Source of the DNA: Podarcis muralis
Lineage: Eukaryota
Direction of reading: 5' to 3'
DNA length: 64,000 nt
NCBI RefSeq assembly: GCF_964188315.1
Contig: NC_135673.1
Span: 31,806,001-31,870,000 of the forward strand
In this document: piece by piece, positions 20,728 through 44,383 of the stretch
Numbering within the stretch: the first letter of the stretch is position 1
How the letters are laid out: each line of letters begins with the position of its first letter
Position numbers and translations under genes: made by a program
The notes under the pieces: model-generated
The model's input: only the letters and a program-made list of their open reading frames with translations
Databases searched by the model: none
Told to the model about the DNA's origin: nothing

Positions 20728-21660
20728 TTAGCAAGGTCTGCTATGTAAAGGGCAATCTAAAAGAATGTGGTCCATTGAGTCTGGTACTTCTTGGTTGCAG
20801 GGACACAAACGGGCTTGATATGGAGTGTGTGAGAATCTACCTTTAGTCACGGTAGAAGGGAAAGCATTTAATCTCACAAGCATAAAGGCTCTTCGATGGG
20901 AAGGGAGTAGTAAATCCTTTAAGTATCTGGCACAGGTTCCATAGGGTGTTGTAATACCTAAGGCCTCCAGAGAACAAGATCTCAGAGTGTGAGGTAACAA
21001 GCGCTGTCTTTTGTGGTCGCACAGAAGCTGCTTGATTAATTGGAATGTGATTTTCGTCACATGCTTCAAGGCTCTTGAGAACAATGCCCAAACTAAGGAT
21101 TTTGTCTTGATTTGCTCTGTACCATGAGATTAGATGTGGTCTTCAAGCATAGAGGTTAAGAAGGAGTTAGATGTTCTAAAGTGGACTTTCAGCCAAGCCT
21201 TGATTGTAGAGAGCCATGCTTTGGTTTCCATCAGATTTTGGCCGGTTTCAGCACATAAGGTTAAATAACTTACACATTTAGGGGCACCAAGGATCTTATG
21301 AAGAAGGGTTGCTTGGATTTGTTCAACTTCTCTATTGAATGCTTGTATCCAAATGGGAATACTGTACAATAGCTGAGAAAAATTAATTATTATATATTAT
21401 AAAGGACCTTGGCATTAAATATATTTATTGCTGGAGGGACCATCTGGTTGCCTTTGAGGAAGAAAAGAATGGAGAATCGCTGATGTAGTGCATTCTGCTT
21501 GAATAATCATTTGACGACTGTGTGTTGTCCAGTTTAAATTTGGCTGGTAAAATATCCCTAAGTATTTGAAAGATTTTACCTGGTCAATGGGATGATTTTT
21601 TAGTCTCCATTTGATGATTTGACGACTTTTAGGGGGGGAAATCATAATTTTAGATTTTTG
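20728..21660 (-). mobile_element. Degenerate non-LTR retrotransposon ORF2 3' portion, clade uncertain
   Basis: Collinear broken frames IDQVKSFKYLGIF, LLHKILGAPKCVS...LCAETG, RRAFMLVRLNAFPS...RLCPC...HILLDCP (C-terminal Cys/His knuckle). Confidence 0.75.
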
Positions 21661-24074
21661 GTAATTAATTCTCAGGGAGTTGATCTGGCAAAAGAAAGAG
21701 AACGAGTTCAGGAATCTTCTAAGGCCGACCTGGGTATGAGAGAGAATTGTGGTATCGTCCGCGTCTCTGTTGTTTGTTAAATACCTAAAGTACAGATGAG
21801 GAACCTGTGGCCTTCTAGATACTGAATTCCAGCTTCCATCAACCCCAGCCAGCTTGGCCAGTAATCAGGGATGTGGGGAGATGTAGCCCAACATCATAAC
21901 TTTTCTCCCCTTCCTCCTGGGTTCTGGAGGTAAGAACAAAGAAGAACCCACTGGATCAGGCCAATGGCTCTTCTAGTCCAGCATCCTGTTCTCACAGTAG
22001 CCAACCAGATGCCTGTGGAAAACCAGCAAGCAGGATTCAAGCACTAAAGCCCTCTTCAGTATAGACAACAATAATGGTTGCTACGTCCATTACACACAGC
22101 ATAACTGAGAAATCTATGTATATTGACCATGTCAATCACAGTTATGGAGACATTTCTGCCTTGCCACCAAAAGAGAATGCTGAATAAGGGAGGCAGATGA
22201 AGAAGCTAAGCTGCTGCAGGGAGGGTGGGCTGGTCCTGGCTGTTTACAATTTGCCTCTCCTTTGGGAAGTTGGTAAGAGTTGTATGAGGCATTGCCTTCT
22301 CCCTTGCTGGCCACTGAACACTACTCAGCTCTAGATATTTCACTAGCTATTATCCACACATTTTTAAAATATGTGCCAACGCTCTTAATATGCTGGATTA
22401 TATGTCTTTTGTGGAATGCTATGCTTGCATTATGCGGATTTAAAACAATCACAGATATAATGATTTCCTATCAGATTTTTCACCTTGTGCCATAATCTGA
22501 AGATTGGTAGGGGGAGTGACATCATTCTGCAATCACATCCTTACCTCTAGTTTGGTCTTTAACCTGTTTCTGCCTCTGCTGCTGCTGAGCACTAAACTTT
22601 AAAGTCCTTCAGAATCAGAGCTTAAAGTGATCACTTTAACTTTTATCTGTGACCACCTGCTTCTTGAAGATAAGAGCCAGGGGTTTGAAGAGCTGATGGG
22701 AAGCGTCTGGAAAGGACAGCTGTGGCTGCAGTTTCTTACAGCAGTGTCTCCGACAACTTTGCTAATGCTGTCCTTTAATCCTCATTGTGATCATTGAGAA
22801 ACTTCCAAAGTGCATCCAGGTCTGGAAGGGGCTGCTGCTTCCCTCTCCCTTTTTTTCTGTTCCAACGTGTGCTAAAGCTGAGCAAGTTTATCCTTGGCAT
22901 GGCAATTGGTCTTCCAAGTTTATGCTTGGCACAGCAAAGCTGTTTCTTCCCCCAGTCTTGCTGTCAAGAAAGTTCTTCAGGGATTGGAGAAACTTCAGCT
23001 AATGATTATTTTCATGGATCAGGGACTTGATAAATGGGGTGGTGACATCACTGCTTTAAGATGATGGGTTAGCCCAGGAGCCCACACTCGAGTTGTCGAC
23101 ATATTGAGCAAAAATGTCTTTATGAAAACATGAAAGTCTTCTAATTGTGGGGTCAGGTGTGTTATGCAATCAAGGACCACAGACCCAAAGAAAAAAGGAT
23201 TAAAAGCATCTTGTAGTGTATGGGAATCCCAGACAGTTAATGGCCTAATTTTTGTGGGGCGGTCTGCTAATGACCCAGAAAATGATGTGCATCATTTTAG
23301 AGGGCTGGGGCTCTCCTAATGATATTCCGAAGCAATTGACACAAGGTTTAACTTAAATGCAATTAAGCATTTAAGGGAATAAATTAAGGGCCTATCAAAT
23401 AAAATACAGGATATTTCAAAGGCACTTGCTCTTAGTATGAAGTCTGTGGATGATGTTAAAGCCCTACAAAAAGTGATGCTGGATGCACCTTCACATGGTA
23501 GATTGGGAGGACGATAGCAGATGATGTAATGTGATGGTCCAGAATCCTTGGAAGACACTTAGTCAGTTTGGTTCTTTGTCAATGGGCTGAATAGCCTATT
23601 CCCAGGTTTGCATCTCAGCTGCAGGATGTGGAGACAATGCACAAAGCACCCTGTCCAAAGCTGTCTCAAGAGCATAAACTTCAGATGTTGAGAATGGGGG
23701 GAATTCAAACCCTTTAACTGAGCAATTTTGAGACTCTGTTGTAAGTTGGAACATCCCTTTAACACAACAAGGCAATGCAGCATTGATAGGAGGAGGCGCA
23801 AACAATAACGGTACACCTGAGGCAACATGCTACTTTAGGAGGGGAAAACAGGCTGAATAGTATACCTACGGGGCTGCCCTCCAAGAAGAGAATGGCTGGG
23901 GTGGCTATTTTGCTTCTCCCCTGCACAGCATTTGCTGCTTGAAGTGGCTGCCTCCCTTTGCCTAATGGTAGGACTGATCCTGCAGGTGTTGCCCACATAC
24001 GGTATTTGGAAATCCTCCTTTTTAGCATTGTGCAGTACAAACAGATTTTAAATAGGATTGTGATTTTCAGTATA

Positions 24075-24315
24075 CAGTGGTACCTCGGTTTACGAACTTA
24101 ATCCATTGCAGAAGTCTGTTCTTAAACCAAAACCGTTCTTAAACTGAGGCGTGCTTTCCCTAATGAGGCCTCCCGCCGCCAGTGCCCTTCAACCATTCAG
24201 AGTCCATTCTTAGAGCGAGGTAAAGTTCGCAAACCAGGACACTACTTCTGGTTTTGCGGAGTTCGTAAACCAAATAGTTCGTAAACAGGGCTGTTCTTAA
24301 ACCGAGGTACCACTG
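24075..24315. mobile_element. Tc1/mariner-type MITE
   Basis: TIRs CAGTGGTACCTCGGTT / AACCGAGGTACCACTG; TA TSD on both sides. Confidence 0.9.
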
Positions 24316-25468
24316 TACTGATTTTGAACTCAGTGCATTGGGGATTGGAAGCAATAATGTGTGGCTTCCCTGGTAAATGGGTAGAGTACCCAGAGTACAT
24401 GTAGAGGAACCAGCCTCATTTGGAGTGTTGCTTGGCTTGGCCATTCACGTCTTAATTTCCTCCTGCACTTTTTCAGTTTGCGCAGGGTGTGGTCACGCTT
24501 GACCTCTTAACATCCCTTGCACACAATTATCCTGCTGCTGGCAGGTCATGTTGGCTACATGCAATGATGGTCTTGAGGGCCTCCATTTTCAAAACAGCCA
24601 AGGGTGCTTCTAGGAGTTGGACATCTTAGTAAGGAGATGAAACATGTAGGTTGGCCTGTGGTGGGAGAAGGCTACAGCCCATTTCCCATCCAGGTGCAAA
24701 TATAATGGGCCGTGGGATTGCCATGTGTGCCTCTGTAATTAGGGTAATGTGATACTTAGAGGGCTGGATGCAATGCTTGCAGAAGAGATTCTTTCCATTG
24801 GAAAGAAGATTGAATGTTGGTGGTGGTAATGAGCTTGAAAAATATGACCGCAGCTGGAACTGACAGGAGAATTTGGTCCCTAGCGTGAGGCATTTAGAGA
24901 AAGCCTCAGCAGATGGTTCAAGAAATGACCTCGTCATTAACTTGTTCATTAACTTGTCCATTAACTTGTTCTCAGCCACTCTCAAATCTGATCTCTTAGA
25001 CCTTGAGGTGTATGCCATCAAATGCCAGTAGTGCCCTTCAGCTCTCTATATTGGACAAACAGGCCAAACCCTACGCCAAAGCATAAATGGACATAAATCT
25101 GACATCAGGAATCACAAGACAGAGAAGCCAGTAGGAGAACACTTCAATCTCCTAGGACATTCAATACAGGATCTCAAAGCAGCTGTCTTATTACAAAAGA
25201 ATTTCAGAAATAGACTTGAAATAGAAGTTGCTGAATTACAACTTATTACTAAACTGAAAACTATGGAGAGACCTGGTCTGAATAGAGATATTGCATTCTT
25301 GTCTCATTAAATATGCTAAAGTTATATTTTTGGTCATCTGCACACTATCCCTTGCTTTTATCAACAGATTTACTATACCCATTGAGTCAATCACCCATCT
25401 CTTACTACCCTTCTGAGAAAACCCCCACCCCATATATATAAGGGTCTGGTGACTTCTGTTTCAGGGTA

Positions 25469-25695
25469 CAGTGGTACCTTGGGTTACAGACGCTTCAGGT
25501 TACAGACTCCGCTAACCCAGAAATATTACCTTGGGTTAAGACTTTTGCTTCAGGATGAGAACAGAAATTGTGCTACGGCGGCGCGGCGGCAGCAGGAGGC
25601 CCCATTAGCAAAAGTGGTGGCTTCAGGTTAAGAACAGTTTCAGGTTAAGAACGGACCTCCAGAACGAATTAAGTACTTAACCCGAGGTACCACTG
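25469..25695. mobile_element. Tc1/mariner-type MITE inserted in the Penelope terminal repeat
   Basis: TIRs CAGTGGTACCTTGGGTTA / TAACCCGAGGTACCACTG; TA TSD at 25467-25468 and 25696-25697. Confidence 0.92.
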
Positions 25696-25732
25696 TATCT
25701 GAAGAAGTGTGCATGCACATGAAAGCTTATAC
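25695..25732 (+). ncRNA. Minimal type I hammerhead ribozyme motif (Penelope-associated), probably impaired
   Basis: GTAT-CTGAAGA-A-GTGTGC(AT)GCACAT-GAAA-GC-TT-ATAC: core CUGANGA and GAAA, stem II, palindromic AAGCTT in place of stem III, stem I GTAT/ATAC. Confidence 0.7.
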
Positions 25733-26183
25733 CCAGAACAAACTTAGTTGGTCTCTAAGGTGCTACTGGACATTTTTTAAGTTTATTTCAACTGTGTCAG
25801 ACCAACACAGCTACCTACCAGAACCTTGAGCTCAGATATCGATAAAAAGTAGATCATGGCACACATAGGAGTCAACTCCTCGGGGCTGAGGTCGCTTGCC
25901 CCCATAAAATATTTGAGGGGGCCAGCCCAACCCCCCAAAGTTGATGGGCAATGCATTCCTTGGAGGCTGGATCTGCTGCTTCCATATCCTGCTGCCTGAG
26001 GCAATTTGCCTCATGGGTGGACCAGCCTTGACCCATTCAGGTGTTTATCTGCTTCATTCCATTTTGTCCCTACCTGTTTTGCACCTCACCCCCCCCCCCA
26101 ACCAGTCAGCATTCTGTGACCTCTGACCAATTTTAGCCCTTGTTTTGACAACTTCCCCCCATTTTAAAAAGAAACATTTTATT

Positions 26184-26298
26184 ATATCCACACATATATA
26201 TATTGTACTTCTATATATATATATATATGTATTGTGTTTGTGTGTATATATGTATATGTATGTATGTGTGTGTGTACAGTATATATATATATATATAT
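26184..26298. repeat. (TA)n/(TG)n compound microsatellite
   Basis: Alternating TA/TG runs flanking the palindromic element; continues at 26456-26528. Confidence 0.9.
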
Positions 26299-26456
26299 GC
26301 TTTCGTAGATTTTCACGGGTACAGGAATGCAGGTTTTGGTGTCCTCGGGTGTCTTCCCGTGTAAAAGTTGGGATGACGAGTGAGACCTCGTCGAAACGTC
26401 GCCTAGACACCCCAACTTTTACACGGGAAGACACCCGAGGACACCAAAACCTGCAT
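26299..26456. mobile_element. Miniature palindromic Penelope-derived element with a partial hammerhead core
   Basis: Perfect 46-bp inverted repeat (26327-26372 / 26411-26456) enclosing AT-GACGAG(TGAGAC)CTCGTC-GAAACGTC; embedded in (TA)n. Confidence 0.7.
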
Positions 26457-26477
26457 ATATATATATATACACACACA

Positions 26478-26532
<55 letters not shown>

Positions 26533-27778
26533 ACTTCTCCAATCCACATGATTCCACCAAGCCTGCCTTTTGTGCATTGAACTGAGTGAGTTTGTAGATG
26601 CTGATATCCCTACAAGGGACAGTCTGCGCTATGTCATCCTCTTGCACCATCTCATCCAGGTCATTCCACTTGCTTAGCTATAGGAAGAATTGGTTTCCCA
26701 CACATGCAGTTGGCATAACCTGGCAGGGAGTCAGAGGGGAACTTGCATTCCATTCTTCTCTGTTGCCTTCCTGGGTAATGTTACAACAGGTTCACCGAGT
26801 TCACGGCTCCCTGGCAGCTGGCCCTGCTATTTATAAGCTCCTGAAGAGGAGGTTGAAGGAGGGTAAGGGGTGATGAGGTGTTTAATAGACACAAAACAAA
26901 ACAAAGCAGTGCATACCCCACTGTGCAAAACTTACACCTGTCATTTCTGAACATGAATTGGGGGAGGCAGGAGGATGATGATAGTGCAGCAAACTGCAAC
27001 TGAGATGATACCTTCTCTCCCCCTCCTTTTCTTACTTTCTTTACTTTTTAAAAACAAACAAACATGCACATTAAATAATTCTTCCAGACAAATTAGGTAA
27101 GGGAAGGCTGGAAAATTACTTTTCAAATGATGTCTCTCTTCAGTCACTCAGCAGTGGTGTAGTTCATTAATGTTAGATTCTGGATGTAATAGTCTCAACA
27201 TGGTGATGGGAGTGCCTTCAGATCATGAGTGGAAGATGTTTCTCAGACCAAGGGCCACATTTTATTCTGAACAACCTTTCAGGGACCACATGTCAGTGAG
27301 GGGCACAGAAAGAAGCAAAAGTGGGCAGAGCAATAATTGTGAATTTTACCAGAAGGCTAATTTCTACACAGATTCACACACCTCTCATTGTCCCCCAACC
27401 AGGCAAGAAATAGGCATTGTTCAGCCAGAAAAAAAAAAACATTTGAGGAGGGGGTGAAATAGGGTTGGTGACTTGGAGGGAAGAATCCAAACAAAAGAGG
27501 CAAATTTTTGTTTTCTTAATGGGCAGCCAGACCCCCAAATGGGAAGGTCAAAAAAAGCATTTGGACAATTGAAAAATTCAAAACTTTTAAAAACTGCATT
27601 ACCTTGTGATGTAAAAAGTGACTGATAATAGTGTGAAAAGTATATTAAGTAGTCCAGGTTCCCCTAGACCCCAGACCCAGATCAAGCAGACCCATTTCTC
27701 CTCCCCCTGCCAAAAATACTCCCCACAGATTCCACAACTATTGTCCACTGAGCATTCACCAGTGTTTCTAAGGAAATA

Positions 27779-28038
27779 CAGTCATACTTCAGGTTACGTT
27801 TGCTTCATGTTACGTTCTTTCAGGTTACGTCCCGCGGCGACGCAGAAGTACCAGAAAGGGTTACTTCCGGGTTTCGCCACTCGCACATGCGCAGAAGCGC
27901 TAAATGACATCACGTGCATGCGCAGAAGCAGCGAATCGCAACCTACATGTGCGCAGATATATTGCTGTGGGTCACGCTCTTTTCATGTTGCGAACGGCCT
28001 TCCGGAACAGATCTCGTTCACAACCAGAGGTACCACTG
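27779..28038. mobile_element. Tc1/mariner-type MITE (CpG-rich subfamily)
   Basis: Imperfect TIRs CAGTCATACTTCAGGTT / AACCAGAGGTACCACTG; TA TSD; related to 31139 and 58857. Confidence 0.85.
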
Positions 28039-28056
28039 TACAACTCTTTTCTACAA

Positions 28057-28392
28057 GTAAAGGTAAAGGTGCCCCTGACTGTTAGTCCAGTTGCAGACGA
28101 CTCTGCAGCTGTGGCGCTCATCTCGCTTTACTGGCTGCGGGAACTGGTGTACAGCTTTCCAGGTCATTGGCCAGCATGACTAAGCCGCTTCTGGCAAACC
28201 AGAGCAGCGCATGGAAACACCATTTACCTTCCTGCCAGAGCGGTACCTATTTATCTACTTGCACTTTGACGTGCATTCGAACTGCTAGGTTGGCAGGAGC
28301 AGGGACCGAGCAACAGGAGCTCACCCCGTCACGGGGATTTGAACCACCGACCTTCTGATCGGCAAGCCCTAGGCTCTGTGGTTTAGCCCACA
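28057..28392 (-). mobile_element. Sauria SINE, near full length
   Basis: (ACCTTT)n tail, body and tRNA-head B box GGGGATTTGAACC. Confidence 0.9.
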
Positions 28393-29811
28393 AATTTTCA
28401 GTTCTGAGAGTTCTCTCCCAAATCTACATAGGCTTCTAAATGCCATGGAATTTGGCTCTAACCAAAGTACCATGTCTGCACATGCAAGAGAAGTGCACAG
28501 GTGTGTTGCAGCAGAACATAATCCTAATAAACTATTTTGGTTTGCATATTGTAAAACTAAATATTGTAATAGCTGTCTTGTGAAAGCTATAGCCTAAAAG
28601 GGCAACCTTAATACATAAAAGAAAAACAGGGAACCTGTGAAGAAGATAAAGTGAGCAGAAGGACCAGCTCTACCATGGGGCAAAAGGAGGCAAATACCTC
28701 AAGCAGCAGATGTTGAGGACAGCCAGGGTAGCCCCATGGCTGCTCAGTCTAAGCTCCCAGCTCCCTAACCTGGCATGCTGTCTCAGGTGCAGCAAAGTTA
28801 TCCATCTCTCTCACTAGCACCTAAGTAAGAGTCAACTGCTGGTTCATTTGGCTTCCGTTTCCAGAATGGAGAGTGGCCGCTATCTTGCCACCCTTGCATT
28901 GCAGGGGGTTGGACTAGATGACCCTTGGTAGCCCCTTCCAGCTCTACAATTCTATGGTTTTTTTGTCCTTTCCCTCAAGCAGCAGGATGGGGGGGGGGGC
29001 TGGGGGAGACAGCCTTGAGCTTGTTGGTGGGAAAGGCAGGATATAAATGTGATAATGATTATGAAGTTTATTGTTATTCTCCCTCTACTCCCATCATAAT
29101 CGTGGGGGCTATTTACTGGACCAGTATTAAATCACCTGTTACCTCAATCCTTCTTCAGTTCAGATCTAATGCATATACAGTACAAGTCAAGGTACCCTTT
29201 GATAAATAGAGGGGTTCTGAGCTCGGAAACTATACAAAAGGGGGCGAGCAGCTTCTCCCTTCCAGTTTGGATTGCTACTCTCCGCACTCTCCCTCCCCCC
29301 CACTCCTGTTGCGACAGGTAGAAATTAATCGGGTGTAGCCTTCTTCGCACGGATAATCAGGGCGCGCGAAGAGCTTGCTTATGATTCCAGCCTGCCATGC
29401 AGCTGTTAACGGAACAGGTGTCTTTGATAGAGGGAGAAAGGAAAAAGTCAGTTTGGTGCAGAGAGACAGACAGCCCTAGCTTCATCGTCCAGGAAAGTCC
29501 AGCTGCCTCTAGGATCCGGAGAGCTTCCCCCCCACCGGACAGTGCCTGGGGCGGGGTCAAAGGGGTGGGATCTGGGGCTGGGAGGGACACGCGGGGCCGC
29601 TGCTTTGCAAACTTTGCAGAGTCTAGCCAGGTCCGATAGTCCCGGGTGCGCTATTCCTCCTCCTCCACCTTTCCAAAGCTTTGCAGAGCCAGTAGCTGCC
29701 GCAGATATCGGTGCGCTCTCGGAGACAGACATCCAGCCGACGGGCGCCTTCTTCCTAATCCTGTTCGCGTCTGCAGACGGTTTCTCACCCGTGCCAAAGC
29801 AGTTCGTGGGG

Positions 29812-41859
<12,048 letters not shown>

Positions 41860-42420
41860 GGCAGGCAGATGGAGCTGGACTGGATTATCAGACTGCTGGG
41901 ACCAGACTGGTAGACAAGAGGAGAGAGATGAAATGGGGAAAGGAGTGGTGGATTGGCACACTTGGCCCTTCCAGATGTGCACCTCATCTTGGCAAGATGC
42001 TGGCAGACGCCTTGAAAAATGAAGATGCAGAGATCTTGAGTTGGACACCCTTCAAAGAATTAGAGGAACAAAAAACTATAAAAGAGCCATACTTCTCCAC
42101 AGAATAACTAGCTTGAGATCTTTCGCTTGTTTCTATTATTCTATGCAGGAAACGTTGTCTTTATTTTTAAAGAGAACAACCCCCTGTGTTGAAGTAGAAC
42201 TTGGTTGCCTTTATTTTGAGGTGCTTAGCACACACCCTTTCACGTGGTGCAGGAGACAGGTGGGGGAGCATAGGGTGAAGTCAACTGGATCTGTAAATGT
42301 ATCAGTAGTAAATCCACTTGATCCTGGGAAACCAGAAGTGCACAGAGACTGGTTTGCTGGTGGTGATCTCGGTCCCTGCTCTGTGCAAAAAGTGTGTGGG
42401 TTTGTGTAGCTGCAGAGTTG

Positions 42421-42439
42421 AATAAACCAACCTATTAAA
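42421..42439 (+). terminator. Candidate TMEM47-like polyadenylation signals
   Basis: AATAAA (42421-42426) and ATTAAA (42434-42439) followed by GT-rich TTTTTGTGTTGTATGT. Confidence 0.55.
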
Positions 42440-43166
42440 ATGAGATTGCCATGGTGCATGTTTTTGTGTTGTATGTATGTGAAAGCTTTGAACAGCTCAG
42501 CATTCCTGGGGGGGAGTTGTGCAGAGAATGGAGTTGAAAAGGTCAGGGTTGGTGGGGAGGTATCAATGTAGATGGAAACAGTCACATCAGATTGATTGAA
42601 ATCAGTAAGGAAACTCATGTTACTTGCACAATGGGTGAGAAACTGGGAAGGCAGCACCATTCAACTTCTTTGCCTCTTTGAGAAAACACACACAAATGGG
42701 ACATAGGAAATGCTCCTATTGGCCCATCTAGCTCGCTTTGTCTACACTGGAGGTAGGCAACATAGTGACTCCAAATGTTTTGGACTACAATTCCTATCAG
42801 CGCCAGCAAGTATGGTCATTTGTTCAAGGATGAGGGGAGTTGTATTCCAAGGCATTTAGAGGACACCGTGTGGGCTGTGTCTCATCTACACTAACGTGGC
42901 ACCTTAGGATTTCAAACGAGTGTTCCCTGCAGTGCTAGGGATTGAACCTGGGACTTTTTGTGTCCTAAGCAGATGCTCTACCCAGACTGACTTCTTCATA
43001 AATTGATATCACATGGCTTACTCTGTTAAAACAAATGAAACAACCTGAATGTAGAAGCCGAGATGATTTTTCAACAGCTAATGGAGAAAGACTAGATTTC
43101 ACTTCAGCTGTTTTGTTTATAAAGGTAAATTCTTTATCACCTTGTTATACAAAGAATATAATGACC

Positions 43167-43206
<40 letters not shown>
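43167..43206. repeat. (AAC)n microsatellite
   Basis: About 13 tandem AAC units. Confidence 0.95.
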
Positions 43207-43207
<1 letters not shown>

Positions 43208-44383
43208 TTAAAGTCAACAACTACAAAGGACTGTCAGCATAAAAATAACCCCAAGAGATGCCTGAAAGTTGAAAGTGATGGGCCTACTCAATCTCCGCTA
43301 GAAAAGTACCTTCCACTACGAGCCCAGCAACACTCAATGCCCAATTTCTGGTTTTGAGGCAAGCTGGGTCTCTGTAACCTGGGAAACAACTAACAACACT
43401 CCTCCGCGTGATTTCAGCTGGGATATAAGGACTCGGGTGGGGGGGCGGTCCTTAAGGTATCCTGGACTCAAGTTGCTCAGTGCTATCTCTGTTAACACAA
43501 AAACCTTCAACTTGGCCTGGTAACATGGTGAAAAGGTAAAAGGCCCGCATCCTCAGTGGACACTGACTAACTATTGGAAGGGGGGAACAGGAAGCCTCCA
43601 GGGAGGGAAGAACACAATGGAATATGTAGAAGAGGCCATGGCTGGCATTTTGAATAGGAGTACTCCATACTGCAACATTTTGTTGCAGGTCCCACTTCTC
43701 TCTACTAAAGGTAAAGTCCAGTGTTTTTCTAAATAAAGGCAAGGTATCTTCCTTCTTTGTCTCAGCACCTGGGAAACATTAGAATACAAATTAGTTATGG
43801 CCTCATTTACTTATTGCCAGATAAATGAATTCCCTCTCCCCGCCCCATCATGAAATCTGAGTGTGACAGGGTTTTAAACAACCATCCTAGTGTTTGGTGC
43901 ATACGGAGCAGGTGTTAGAGTTGTAAAAACCACCACCCACCACCTTACTCATCTGAGTGTCCTCTAGATGTTTTGGACTGCAATTCCCATGATGAGTTGG
44001 TGCCAAGTGGGGCTGATGGGAGTTGTAGATATTGTAAAACATCTGCAAGGCACTAGGATGTGAAAATCTTCCAATAACCAATCAATCTACCTGCCTACCA
44101 AATTAACTTTTCTTATCTTCTGCCTGAAAAATATTCTGTGTCACTCAGAAACTTCCTTTGATATCAGCACTTTCTTTCAAAATACTGTATGTCACCTTCA
44201 AAGTTTCCTTTTGCTGTCCTTTGCAATGAGGTCGGCACAGCCACAGACTGCCATAGAACATACCTTGATAGTAAGTATAAAGTGCAGGAAGAAATGAAGA
44301 AAATTGTGCCATCATGTGGCTATGGTCAGGCTCTGCACTGCTGACCACATCAGTCACATCTGTACCTAACATTAAACGCAGTA

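Larger units (their letters stand above)
25008..25778 (+). mobile_element. Penelope-like element 3' end: GIY-YIG endonuclease remnant (25008-25310) plus terminal repeat region, split by a MITE
   Basis: VYAIKCQ*CPSALYIGQTGQTLRQSINGHKSDIRNHKTEKPVGEHFNL...ELQLITKLKTMERPGLNRD; one in-frame stop. Confidence 0.9.

Noticed and set aside
24935-24970. Three tandem 12-mers CATTAACTTGT(T/C) within a 131-aa minus ORF
   Set aside because: Short local slippage repeat; no spacers, so not CRISPR-like; the ORF has no recognisable domain.
26054-26585. 140-146-aa ORFs on both strands
   Set aside because: Produced by TA/TG microsatellites and the palindrome; not coding.
18800-29100. Search for VBP1 or other conserved coding exons in the intergenic gap
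   Set aside because: No peptide resembling prefoldin subunit 3 or another known protein was recognised in any frame; only retroelement fragments.
29542-29811. 90-codon N-terminal extension of the TMEM47-like ORF from the ORF-track start
   Set aside because: The start codon is GTG in a weak context within a CpG island; 29812 aligns with the family N-terminus. Kept only as a possibility under the upstream-acceptor finding.
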